Positions 19,941 to 28,905 of a DNA stretch of 64,000 bases are shown here, in pieces (position 1 is the stretch's first letter; every line of letters begins with the position of its first letter). Under the pieces are notes generated by a model, which saw only the letters and a list, made by a program, of their open reading frames with translations, was not told the origin of the DNA and ran no database searches. The position numbers and the translations under genes were made by a program. The stretch lies in sequence record PP438435.1, one strand, 5' to 3'.

Positions 19941-22900
19941 ATGCTTGGTCTCATCGATCGCGGCCTTCGCGCCCTGGATCTCAATTTCTGGTGGATTCTG
20001 CGCAGCTTGGGGCTGAATGCGCCGTCGTTCTGTTCGCTCGATTCTGTGGACGGCACGCACTGCCTGGTGACCACCTCCAGTGACCTCGTTTCGGTGCTCG
20101 AGCTTGGCGGGACGCGGCACACGGTCACGGATGCGAACTTCGATGCGGTGATGCGCACACTGGCTCTCAAGCTCAGCGCGCACTTCGCGGGCACGCTGGC
20201 GCATCGCCTGCAGGTCGTCTTCGTGCGCGACAATGGAATCGAAGCGCTCGACCGGGAGCTGACCGAAGTGCTGTCGCCGAGCCTGTCTGCCGCGCGCACT
20301 CTCGGTCTGCAGGTCGAGGACCTGCTGTCGACGCGAGCCGTCAAGCTCGCTGAACACTGCGCTCTGGAGCGAGCGTACTTGGTGGTCACGACCACACCGC
20401 AGGCGATGTCGACGATGGACCGGCGCGCCGCCACAGGTGAGCTCAACAAGATCAAGCGGGAGATTCCCGCTGCACCCGACGCCTTGCGTCCAGTGCCTGG
20501 TCTCCCGGGGCTCATGGAGTCGCATCGGTCGCTGCTGGAGGCGCTGCGCAACGACTTTCTGCATCTGGGGTATCACGCAACCCTGCTGAAGGCGGGTGAC
20601 GCGCTGCGCGTCATCCGGCTGCAGGTCGACCCTGAGTGGACGGATCCGTCGTGGACAGCGTCCATCCCGGGCGACGGTAAGCCGATCGCGCGACGCGCTC
20701 GCGCCCCGGAGGCGGGCGCATCGCCGGAAGATGCGAGCGCGATCTTCTGGCCGAGCCTCGCACGCCAGTTGATTCCGCGCGGCGCCGAGCCGTTGTCCAG
20801 CCAGGTGCTGAAGATCGGCGATCGCCTTTATCAGGGCGTGAGCATGTCGCTGGGCCCTTCGCAGCTAGAGCCCTTCAGCGCGCTGTTCGATCGTCTCAAC
20901 GAGACGCACATCCCCTACCGGTTGAGCTTTCGGATCAGCGGCGCCGGCGTCGATGATCTTGAGATTTCGCTGCGGCGGATCGCCGCCATGTTCTCAACCT
21001 CGCGCACCGTCAAGAACGCACTGAAGGAGGCTGTCGACGACAGGGCGGATGGCCTGAAGCGCGTCGGCTTCCAGCTGGACGCATGCACCTGGGTGCACAC
21101 CTCCGATGGAGTGCAGGATCGGATGGCGCTCAGTCGCGCCGCGTCGCGCCTCGCGCGCACGATTCAGGGCTGGGGCGGTTGCGAGGTCGAGGAGCGGCAG
21201 GGGAGCCCGGTCACCGCTGTGTTTTCGACGGTGCCCGGTCTGCTGGACCGTGGCGCGGGGACGCTCTCGGTGCCGCCCGTCGAAGATGCTGTGGCGTTGT
21301 TGCCGTTCTCTCGCCCGGCGTCGCCGTGGACGGCCGGCTCGCTGATCCTGCGTACCCCCTGCGGCAAGATCTACCCGCACGAGCCCAGCAGGCAGGTTCA
21401 GACCGCGCTGGTGAATCTGGTGTACGCCCCGATGGGCGCCGGTAAGTCCTTTCTGCTGAACGCGATGAACACCGGCCTTGTGCTGTCGCCTGGGCAGGAA
21501 CAGTTGCCCTACATTCGTATCCTCGACATTGGCACGTCGAGCTCCGGTCACATCTCCCTCATTCGCGAAGGCCTGCCACAAGAGCTCCGTCATCTGGTCG
21601 TTTATCGCCGGCTGCAGAACCTGGTGTCGGACGCCATCAACGTGTGCGATACGCCGATTGGAATGCGGTATCCGCTCGCTTCGCAGCGTAGCTTTATCTC
21701 GAGCTTCTGCTGCCTGCTGGCTAGTTCCCTCGAGGGGCATATCAGCCCGGACGTGCCATCGGTGATCAACCGTGCGATCGATGAGGCCTACCGGGTCAAG
21801 GATTCGGAAGAGCCGAATCGGTATGACCGTGGCGTCGATCTCGATGTGGATGCCGCGCTGGATCAGCTCAACATCACGCCGGATGATCGGACGACCTGGT
21901 GGGAAGTGACGGATGAGCTCTTCGCGCGGGGCTCCGTGGTGAACGCCGTCCGCGCCCAACGGTACGCTGTGCCGACGCTGGGTGACGTGGCAGCGGCCAC
22001 CAGCAGCGAGCGCGTGAAGTCGGTGTTCCGCGCCGAGGAAGGAGACGCGATCTGCGGCTACACGTTCCGCCTGTTGACTGACGCTCTGCGCGAGTACCCC
22101 ATCATCTCGCGGCAAACGCGCTTTGACCTGGGTGCTGCGCGCATCGTCAGTCTCGACCTGCAGGAGGTCACGCCGAAGGGCGGGTCCGCGGCAGAGCGAC
22201 AGACGGCGATCATGTACCTGCTGGGCATGTACGTTCTCACGAATGAGTTCTCGATCACTGAAGAGAACGTCGATGCCGCGAAGATGCCCCCTGCCTATCG
22301 GGAGCATCATTTGCGCGTCGCGAAGCGGATCAAGTCGATTCCCAAGCGCATTGTGCTCGATGAGCTGCATCGAGCCATGGCGGCCGGACCCTTGGTCTCA
22401 GGCACCATCGAGAACTTCATTCGCGAGGGCCGTAAGGACAACGTTGAGGTCACGCTGGCCAGCCAGCAGCTCGAAGATTTCTCGAAGACGATGGTGAGTC
22501 TCGCGACCTCGATTTGGATCTTGGGCTCAGGCGCACAGTCTCGTGACGAGACGATGGAGCGCTTCAAGCTGGGGCCGGAAGTCGTTCCGATCCTGGAGCG
22601 TATCGGCAAGCCGAGCGCGAAGGGCAGTCGTTTCCTCGGTGTCTTCGATACGCGCAACGGCCGCTATGTGCACGAGCTGATGTTGACGCTGTCGCCCACG
22701 GAGATGTGGGCCTACAACACGAACGCGGAGGACCGCGAGGTCCGCGATGGTCTGTACGCACGGATTGGCGGTGCCGCGGCGCGCTTCGTGCTCGCCAAGG
22801 CCTTCCCTGAAGGCTCTGCATTCTCCGAGATCGATCGTCGCAAGGCCGCGCTGGCGCGTGCAGGGCGCGCGGCAAGTGAGGAGGCCGCGACGCGCAATGT

Positions 22901-23015
22901 GATCGACACGCTCATCAAGGAACTGATGGATCTCTACGATCGCCAGATGGGCCAGCACGACGCGCTCGATCTGGTGGACCCGGCTGTGGCCGCCATGGAA
23001 CAGGAAGCACACTGA
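19941..23015 (+). CDS. icmB: DotO/IcmB (TraU, VirB4-like) ATPase
   Basis: 1024 aa; Walker A APMGAGKS, Walker B LDELH, IFWPSL, FIREGRK...VTLASQ, LTLSPTEMWAYNT. Confidence 0.93.
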   Translation: MLGLIDRGLRALDLNFWWILRSLGLNAPSFCSLDSVDGTHCLVTTSSDLVSVLELGGTRHTVTDANFDAVMRTLALKLSAHFAGTLAHRLQVVFVRDNGIEALDRELTEVLSPSLSAARTLGLQVEDLLSTRAVKLAEHCALERAYLVVTTTPQAMSTMDRRAATGELNKIKREIPAAPDALRPVPGLPGLMESHRSLLEALRNDFLHLGYHATLLKAGDALRVIRLQVDPEWTDPSWTASIPGDGKPIARRARAPEAGASPEDASAIFWPSLARQLIPRGAEPLSSQVLKIGDRLYQGVSMSLGPSQLEPFSALFDRLNETHIPYRLSFRISGAGVDDLEISLRRIAAMFSTSRTVKNALKEAVDDRADGLKRVGFQLDACTWVHTSDGVQDRMALSRAASRLARTIQGWGGCEVEERQGSPVTAVFSTVPGLLDRGAGTLSVPPVEDAVALLPFSRPASPWTAGSLILRTPCGKIYPHEPSRQVQTALVNLVYAPMGAGKSFLLNAMNTGLVLSPGQEQLPYIRILDIGTSSSGHISLIREGLPQELRHLVVYRRLQNLVSDAINVCDTPIGMRYPLASQRSFISSFCCLLASSLEGHISPDVPSVINRAIDEAYRVKDSEEPNRYDRGVDLDVDAALDQLNITPDDRTTWWEVTDELFARGSVVNAVRAQRYAVPTLGDVAAATSSERVKSVFRAEEGDAICGYTFRLLTDALREYPIISRQTRFDLGAARIVSLDLQEVTPKGGSAAERQTAIMYLLGMYVLTNEFSITEENVDAAKMPPAYREHHLRVAKRIKSIPKRIVLDELHRAMAAGPLVSGTIENFIREGRKDNVEVTLASQQLEDFSKTMVSLATSIWILGSGAQSRDETMERFKLGPEVVPILERIGKPSAKGSRFLGVFDTRNGRYVHELMLTLSPTEMWAYNTNAEDREVRDGLYARIGGAAARFVLAKAFPEGSAFSEIDRRKAALARAGRAASEEAATRNVIDTLIKELMDLYDRQMGQHDALDLVDPAVAAMEQEAH

Positions 23016-23023
23016 GGAGAGTC

Positions 23024-23521
23024 ATGATGCAGACGCAAATGCGGACGAAGTGGGCGCTCGCACTGGGGGCCCTGTTGGTTGGAGCCCTGGCTGATGTGGC
23101 GAGCGCGCAGCGCACCGTCACGCTCACCAATGCGAATCCTCCGCTGGTGATCCCGATCACTGCAGCGCCGGTCGAGCTCAACAACAAGGTGGTCACGATT
23201 CCGTGCGCCGTGAACGCACAAGGGGCGTGCCCGATCGGCGGCTCCTCGACGCCGCCGGCATTGAGCTTCAGTTGCTCTGGTTGTGCGACCGCCCGTGTTG
23301 GCCAAGCCGTGTCATTGACCTGGACCAGTACGCCGACGGAGGTCTGCTTCGCGGGGGGCACCGGCCCGGCCGCGACCAGCTGGACGGGTCTGCAGAACAC
23401 GAGTGGAACCGGTCGTTCGCTGTTGTTCACGGCAGCAGGGAGCTACTCCCTCACCCTGAAGTGCTACGGGGGCTCTGGTGCGACGGAGTTGCGTACGGTT
23501 GCCGCTGCCGTCAGCAGTTGA
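23024..23521 (+). CDS. Secreted Cys-containing Ig/PKD-like protein
   Basis: Signal peptide KWALALGALLVGALADVASA; GSYSLTLKCYG beta-strand pattern; RBS AGGAG. Confidence 0.65.
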   Translation: MMQTQMRTKWALALGALLVGALADVASAQRTVTLTNANPPLVIPITAAPVELNNKVVTIPCAVNAQGACPIGGSSTPPALSFSCSGCATARVGQAVSLTWTSTPTEVCFAGGTGPAATSWTGLQNTSGTGRSLLFTAAGSYSLTLKCYGGSGATELRTVAAAVSS

Positions 23522-23566
23522 TCGGCGGCACGTGCTGCCGGAGACACCTGACCAGCTCAGGGATCG

Positions 23567-23595
23567 TTGACACCTAGGCGCCTAGGGGTTAGGCT
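23567..23595 (+). promoter_or_regulatory. Sigma70 promoter with CCTAGGCGCCTAGG operator in the spacer
   Basis: TTGACA (23567-72), 17-bp spacer, TAGGCT (23590-95); perfect 14-bp palindrome at 23573-23586. Confidence 0.85.
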
Positions 23596-23630
23596 CGCCA
23601 CCGCGTGCATTAACACAGCAGGTGGCTACG

Positions 23631-24026
23631 ATGGCATTCACTGAACTCCTGAGCGAGTACCTGGACCTCCGCGCCGAGGAGCGCTCGGAGGGAACGACCT
23701 TCCCCCGCGGGCAAGCGCTTCGCGAGCGGATGCAGGCCATCGGCGAAGCGATGGACGCCCTCGTGGCAGGCGTGGCGGCGCTCGCACACTTTCCTGCGTC
23801 AGCGTTCGATGCCGGCGAAGGCGTTCAGATCGTCCGCGTGGCGCAGCGGACCGGTGAGGATCTCTGGGCCGTGCGCAGCGCTGGGGAGGTCTTGTCTCGA
23901 TTCGGCGAGTGGGCGCCAGAGCCCTCGCCCAGCAGGCGGACAGCGGCATGGATCGCTGACCACCGATTCGCGAGCGCAACGGCTGCAGCGCAGGCGCTTC
24001 ATGCGGCACGAGGGCGCTCGTCATGA
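23631..24026 (+). CDS. Hypothetical phage/plasmid-type protein
   Basis: LWAVR..GEVL...GEW..EPSPSRR....DHRF motif; coupled to next gene (ATGA). Confidence 0.6.
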   Translation: MAFTELLSEYLDLRAEERSEGTTFPRGQALRERMQAIGEAMDALVAGVAALAHFPASAFDAGEGVQIVRVAQRTGEDLWAVRSAGEVLSRFGEWAPEPSPSRRTAAWIADHRFASATAAAQALHAARGRSS

Positions 24027-24592
24027 GCGAGCACGCGCAAGCATCGTATGACCTCGTGGCGCACCTTGTGCGCCAGCAGGCGTGGTCGCGGAAGACGTTC
24101 GGGCCCGGCGACCGCGCGGCGGCCATCCTTGATCACATCCGCAAGGAGCTTGCCGAAGTCGCGGCAAACCCCCGTTCCGTGGAGGAGTGGATCGACATTG
24201 CAATGCTGGCGCTCGATGGCGCTTGGCGATCCGGCGCCTCGACACAGGAAGTGGCCGAGGCACTGCGCTGGAAACTCACCGTCAACGAGAGCCGCACGTG
24301 GCCCGATTGGCGCGCGGCGGAGCCAGGACGAGCGATCGAGCACGTGCGTGAGGGCGCTCCCGCCAGCGAGCTCGCTGTGTTCACGGCGACCTGGTGGTCG
24401 AGCGTCGCATGGGCGAATCAGGAAATCGACGTGTTGGCTCCGAACGAAGCGGCGGTGCGGGCCCTTGTGGATCGCGAGTGCCCCGCCGAGTTCAGGGGGC
24501 AGCCCTACTGCAAGGAGTCGACGGACTCCCTCAAGATCACGCGCGGCGACGCAGTGGCGTTGCCCTATGTCATCCGACAGCGCGATATGTAA
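24023..24592 (+). CDS. DUF550-family dATP/dGTP pyrophosphohydrolase (MazG-like) with C-terminal extension
   Basis: QQAWSRKTFGPG...ILDHIRKELAEV....EEWIDIAMLALDGAWR...KLTVNESRTWPDW...AIEHVR. Confidence 0.85.
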   Translation: MSEHAQASYDLVAHLVRQQAWSRKTFGPGDRAAAILDHIRKELAEVAANPRSVEEWIDIAMLALDGAWRSGASTQEVAEALRWKLTVNESRTWPDWRAAEPGRAIEHVREGAPASELAVFTATWWSSVAWANQEIDVLAPNEAAVRALVDRECPAEFRGQPYCKESTDSLKITRGDAVALPYVIRQRDM

Positions 24593-24620
24593 CTCGACCC
24601 GGGACATCAGGAGAGGCCCC

Positions 24621-25223
24621 ATGGAGTTTGGCATCGGCGGTAGTGCTAAGGCTGGTGGCGCCGGCTATCGCGTCGTAGAGGAGCCGGGCATCAAGATTGT
24701 GTTCGGGTCCGTGCCACTGGGTGAGTTTGCTCAGCTGCTGTCCGGAGCCCCAGACACCTGGCGGCTCGATCCGGGCCTGGGCCAGCTGCTCGGGGCGAAC
24801 CTCGCAGCCGGGACACCGGAAGCGCTCGCGGCCTACCGGCGCCGTGCGGCGCCAGGGCCGCGGCGTTGCGCGGAGGTATCAGCAGCGCTGTCGGCGGGTC
24901 TCAGCGCCGGCGCGATCGCGTGGGTGCTGAACGGCGACCGGGGAGAGAGTTCGGATGCGTTGTTCCAAGCGTGTGTGAGCGTACCGGTGCTTCAGGGGGC
25001 CGCTCGATCGGCTCCCAGGGATGGCGCGGACTTCAACCGCTGCGCGTTGCTCCAGGAGGCGGTTTACGAGTGCGCAGACGTGGGCGCGGCTGCGGCCATC
25101 TCTCCGCAGTGGGCTAAGCTCGTTGCTGCGTGGGATGCACTTCTCGCGGAGCGAGAGGCGGATCTCGGCGAGGGCAGCGCGTGGCAGCGGACGACAGCGG
25201 CTTTGAGGGCGCTCGGGGCTTGA
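24621..25223 (+). CDS. Hypothetical phage-type protein (W..NG..GESS...PRDGADFNRC motif)
   Basis: RBS AGGAG before ATG 24621; the longer ORF-track call from 24048 overlaps the DUF550 gene. Confidence 0.65.
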   Translation: MEFGIGGSAKAGGAGYRVVEEPGIKIVFGSVPLGEFAQLLSGAPDTWRLDPGLGQLLGANLAAGTPEALAAYRRRAAPGPRRCAEVSAALSAGLSAGAIAWVLNGDRGESSDALFQACVSVPVLQGAARSAPRDGADFNRCALLQEAVYECADVGAAAAISPQWAKLVAAWDALLAEREADLGEGSAWQRTTAALRALGA

Positions 25224-25248
25224 CACCTAGGCGCCTAGGCGTAAAGCT
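25220..25248 (+). promoter_or_regulatory. Sigma70 promoter with CCTAGGCGCCTAGG operator in the spacer
   Basis: TTGACA (25220-25), palindrome 25226-25239, weak -10 (TAAAGC/AAAGCT near 25242-48). Confidence 0.75.
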
Positions 25249-25282
25249 GACGCTGTGCATCGAGCACGCATTGGAGATGGAG

Positions 25283-25477
25283 ATGCTGACGTACACGATC
25301 CAGTTCGAGGGCAGGGCGGGGCATGCGGCCGTTCGTGCGGCTGTCCAGGGTGTTTGCGCCGTGTTGGCGTCAGTGCGGGACGACGGGGTTGCAGTCGTGC
25401 GCGTGCCAGAGGCCGCGGCCGAGGCGTTTGAGGGGGCTCTGGATAGCGCTGAGGGTGTCGCCGGTTACGCAGTGTAG
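25283..25477 (+). CDS. Small hypothetical protein
   Basis: GGAG RBS; first gene after the 25220 promoter. Confidence 0.5.
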   Translation: MLTYTIQFEGRAGHAAVRAAVQGVCAVLASVRDDGVAVVRVPEAAAEAFEGALDSAEGVAGYAV

Positions 25478-25543
25478 TCGGACCCGTTGAGGCGTTTCGC
25501 CGCTCATGAAGGGCGGCCACCGCACGCAGCAAGAGGAATCTGC

Positions 25544-25789
25544 ATGTCGAATCCAGGAAGTCTTCTGGCACTGATGGTGCTGGCGATCGCCGGCTTTATC
25601 GGAGCCCTATCGCTCAGCGGCATTGAGCCCGTGATCAGTGACCGCGAATTGGAGAGCATGCTACTGAACACGTCGCCGTGCGTCCGATACGAACTCTCGC
25701 GCGAGCAAGCGCCTTTGACCTATCGAGTTGTGGACCGAGTGAAGGCGTCGTGCATGTTCACGCCCGAGCGCGTGAGCGCGCACCCATGA
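25544..25789 (+). CDS. Small membrane-anchored protein (PCVR...KA.C), paralogue of 26575..26997
   Basis: N-terminal TM helix; SPCVRYEL...PL...KASC. Confidence 0.6.
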   Translation: MSNPGSLLALMVLAIAGFIGALSLSGIEPVISDRELESMLLNTSPCVRYELSREQAPLTYRVVDRVKASCMFTPERVSAHP

Positions 25790-26056
25790 ACGCAGCGGGC
25801 GTTCGGTCGGAGGCGGGTGCTGTGAACCTCCCGATCGCGTGGAGCGACCAATCGCCGGAGCTGCGCGAGCGCTGTGCCGGTGTCGTCCGAGACCGCACTG
25901 CGCTGTCCGGTGAAGGGGGAGCGCGAATGCACGCTCGTGAGCGTGTCACGAGTGGCCTACCGCTACCGTCGCCGTGGAGCGCAATCGCGCTGTGACAACC
26001 GCTATTGCAGCCTGGCATCGAAGCCGTGGCCGATAACGACCCGATGGAGGACCACG

Positions 26057-26578
26057 ATGTTTAATGACCCTGCGCTGATCGAGCGTTTGCAGGCCGCAAA
26101 GGATCGCATGTACGTGATCGTGGTCGCCGGCGGGACTACCCTACTGTGGGTAGGGCTTAGCCTTTACATCGTCTGGATGCGCCCCGGCGTTTTTCCCGCT
26201 TGGGCGACATGGTGGTGCGCTGTCGGCATCGCGGCTGCGGCCATCTTCGAGCTCGTGGCAGATGGCTTCTTGAAGGACGAGAGGAAGCGCCTGGCACTTC
26301 GCAATCGCGCCGTTCGGCATCACATCAAGGAGATCACTCTACTCTGGTGCGTAGCGAGCATCAGCGCGATCTTCGCCATAGTCATCGCCGCCGTCGCTGA
26401 GGTGGCGGAAAAAGCGGGCAGTCTGGATGCGCAAGTACGCCCGATCGCCACGATTGCGGGGTACGGGTTCAGTATCGTGGCTGTTGCAGCGTTCGCCAGC
26501 GCGGTGTCCCTCATCTTCAAGAGGCCAGGGTCAGAGCCCGGGGCAGGCGATGGTGGCAGTGCCGGGGGGAAGGCATGA
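26057..26578 (+). CDS. Four-TM membrane protein
   Basis: GGAGG RBS; four hydrophobic segments. Confidence 0.65.
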   Translation: MFNDPALIERLQAAKDRMYVIVVAGGTTLLWVGLSLYIVWMRPGVFPAWATWWCAVGIAAAAIFELVADGFLKDERKRLALRNRAVRHHIKEITLLWCVASISAIFAIVIAAVAEVAEKAGSLDAQVRPIATIAGYGFSIVAVAAFASAVSLIFKRPGSEPGAGDGGSAGGKA

Positions 26579-26997
26579 GTAACGACAACCGCGCGTTTGC
26601 AATCATCGGTGCCTGCGTCGTTGCTTTCTCGCTCGGCGTCTGGGGCGCGCACACGTATGTGACCGATGGTGGAGAGGCGGCCGCAGGCGTGCAGCCCGCG
26701 CATCGGAACCCAGAGGGGGGCGCATCTGGGGAAGCAGCGAGTGATCTCGATCCAGCGATCGAGGCGCCGCCGCGCACGCGGGGGGACGCTACGCTGGAGC
26801 GGGAGCTCACAGCGGACGAGCTCGCTGACGTCACGCCATGCGTGAGGGATCGGTTGCGACGAGCGCTCTCGGGAGTTGATGCTAATCCGCTGCGCGTTGT
26901 AGATCTCGCGGTCGCGAAGGCCGCATGCCGGTTGGAAGAGAGAGCGGATGCGCAAAGGGCCGCGCTCGGCGTGAGCGATTCCAGTATCGCGGAGTGA
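26575..26997 (+). CDS. Membrane-anchored protein (PCVR...KA.C), paralogue of 25544..25789
   Basis: N-terminal TM; TPCVRDRL...NPL...KAAC. Confidence 0.65.
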   Translation: MSNDNRAFAIIGACVVAFSLGVWGAHTYVTDGGEAAAGVQPAHRNPEGGASGEAASDLDPAIEAPPRTRGDATLERELTADELADVTPCVRDRLRRALSGVDANPLRVVDLAVAKAACRLEERADAQRAALGVSDSSIAE

Positions 26998-27006
26998 TAG
27001 CCGCGA

Positions 27007-27036
27007 GCCCCGCCCGTCCAACGACACGGGCGGGGC
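27007..27036. repeat. Inverted repeat (11-bp stem)
   Basis: GCCCCGCCCGT / ACGGGCGGGGC with 8-nt loop. Confidence 0.85.
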
Positions 27037-27045
27037 GGACCTAGG

Positions 27046-27090
27046 ACGAACGAATCCCAGCAGGCGTAGCGTGCTGGGATTCGTTCGTTT
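27046..27090 (+). terminator. 17-bp perfect stem-loop, possible terminator
   Basis: ACGAACGAATCCCAGCA / TGCTGGGATTCGTTCGT with 9-nt loop and only a short T run. Confidence 0.55.
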
Positions 27091-27143
27091 GGAGCCCCGA
27101 TGTTGGCATGTGACATGCTGACATGGTCTGCGCAGCTAGGTGC

Positions 27144-27172
27144 TTGACACTAGAACCCTAGGCGCCTAGGCT
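27144..27172 (+). promoter_or_regulatory. Sigma70 promoter with CCTAGGCGCCTAGG operator overlapping -10
   Basis: TTGACA (27144-49), 17 bp, TAGGCT (27167-72); palindrome 27157-27170. Confidence 0.85.
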
Positions 27173-27253
27173 CTGCTCCAAGCAGATGACTTGGAGGCCC
27201 CCGCATGAGCGTTCGCAGCGACCAACCGATCCCTTGCTGTGGGGTGCACCCTC

Positions 27254-28855
27254 ATGGCTGATGGCGACGCGATCGTCGTAAGGCGTGCATCGCCCAGCGT
27301 GCGGCCGAAGCTGATTGCAGACCTGTTCTGCGGCGCTGGCGGCATGTCTAACGGCGCTCAGCGGGCAATGCGGGACCTTGGTCTCCCTATGACCCTGGTC
27401 GGAGTGAATCATTGGCCCGTCGCGATCGAGACAAACAGACGGAACCATCGCGAGCACGCTGAGCGAATCAGGTGCGCGAATCTCGAGACCGCTCTGCCTC
27501 TCGACCACGTTCCCGAGGGCCGTCTCGATCTCCTGATGGCGGCGCCATCGTGTGTGTTTCATTCGAGGGCGAGAGGTGGTCGCCCTGTGCACGACCAGCA
27601 GCGAATGGATCCATGGCATGTGGTGCGTTGGTGCACGGAGCTTCGCGTGTCGAGGGTCCTCGTCGAGAACGTCGAAGAGATCCTGGCATGGGGTCCATGC
27701 AGTATTGTAACAGGGCGGCCCATTCCGTCGCGCCGAGGCGAGTATTTTCGCGCGTGGGTGGCCGCGCTCCAGTCGATCGGTTTTCGCGTGGAGTGGCGCG
27801 TCCTTTGCTGCGCCGATTACGGAGATCCAACTACGCGCCGGCGCTTCTTTCTGATCGCGCGCAGCGACCGCGGCCCCCTGGAGTGGCCCGAGCCCACGCA
27901 CGCTCGCGAAGCGCAGGCGGATCTTCTCGGTTCGCGCCCAAGGTGGCGCGGCGCCAGGGAGGTGATCGATTGGTCGAGGAGTGGATCGAGCATCTTCGGC
28001 AGGGCTCGCCCATTGAAGCCGAACACGATCAGACGCATCCACGCAGGCGCGGTGAAGTATCGCTGGCCAACGCCCTACGTAGAGGCGCTGAAGGCGCTGC
28101 TCGATGGCGGGACGCCGCGCCTATCGTTCTCGCGTGAGGAAGCCATCGAGCTGGGTCTGGTGGCGGCGGATCTGGCTGGAGCCGGCATCGTGCTCGCCAC
28201 TGGCGCCACGGGCGCACCACGAGATCTCGATCTGCCCCTACCAACGATCACGACCGGGGGTGCGGGGGGCGCGCGACCGCAGCTGATCGAGCCGATCATC
28301 GTCAGCAAGCACGGGTTCAAGACGGATGCGTGCGCCCGTGGCGTTGACGAACCCCTGTGGACTGCGACGACGCGCGGTGCCGGCTACCTTGCAGACCCGC
28401 TCGTGGTGCCGGTCTCCAATAGCACCAGCGGAGCGGTGCCGCGATCCGTGAGCGAACCGATCCGCACGGTCACCACGGCCAAGGGCGGCGATCAGGCGCT
28501 GGCCATCCCAGTGCTGGCGGGTGGCGCGCCGTTCCTTGTACCGAACTTTGGCGAGCGCGAGGGCCAAACGCCGCGCACGCACTCTGTCGATGATCCCCTT
28601 CCCACGATCACCGCAAGCGGTCATCTGCAACTTGCGGAGCAGGCCTTTGTCGCGTGCGCGGCCGAAGTCCGAATCGACATCAACTACCGGATGCTTCACT
28701 GGCGCGAGCTCGCCCGGGCGACGTCCTTTGATGACGGCGATGAGGTGTATGACTTCGCGGGTACGGCGACCGAGATCACAAAGCAGATCGGCAACGCCGT
28801 CCCCAATCGAACGGCGCAGGCTCTTGTGCGGGCGCTCATGCAGGACGCGAGATAA
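27254..28855 (+). CDS. Orphan C5 cytosine DNA methyltransferase (phage/plasmid Dcm-like)
   Basis: DLFCGAGG (I), AAPSC (IV), ENVEE (VI), RRRFFLIAR (VIII), RELARATSF (IX), KQIGNAVP (X). Confidence 0.92.
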   Translation: MADGDAIVVRRASPSVRPKLIADLFCGAGGMSNGAQRAMRDLGLPMTLVGVNHWPVAIETNRRNHREHAERIRCANLETALPLDHVPEGRLDLLMAAPSCVFHSRARGGRPVHDQQRMDPWHVVRWCTELRVSRVLVENVEEILAWGPCSIVTGRPIPSRRGEYFRAWVAALQSIGFRVEWRVLCCADYGDPTTRRRFFLIARSDRGPLEWPEPTHAREAQADLLGSRPRWRGAREVIDWSRSGSSIFGRARPLKPNTIRRIHAGAVKYRWPTPYVEALKALLDGGTPRLSFSREEAIELGLVAADLAGAGIVLATGATGAPRDLDLPLPTITTGGAGGARPQLIEPIIVSKHGFKTDACARGVDEPLWTATTRGAGYLADPLVVPVSNSTSGAVPRSVSEPIRTVTTAKGGDQALAIPVLAGGAPFLVPNFGEREGQTPRTHSVDDPLPTITASGHLQLAEQAFVACAAEVRIDINYRMLHWRELARATSFDDGDEVYDFAGTATEITKQIGNAVPNRTAQALVRALMQDAR

Positions 28856-28905
28856 ACAGCCGTTCGTCGGCATTGCTATCAATTCGCAGCGTGGAGGGTG
28901 CAGCC

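Noticed and set aside
24023-24592. Z-base (2-aminoadenine) genome pathway
   Set aside because: No PurZ or DatZ-like gene in the window; DUF550 alone is insufficient.
24048-24620. N-terminal half of the 391-aa ORF 24048..25223
   Set aside because: Overlaps the DUF550 gene in another frame with non-protein-like composition; real start is 24621.
25786-25995. Small ORF coupled to 25544..25789
   Set aside because: ATGA coupling is suggestive, but composition is not convincing enough to call.
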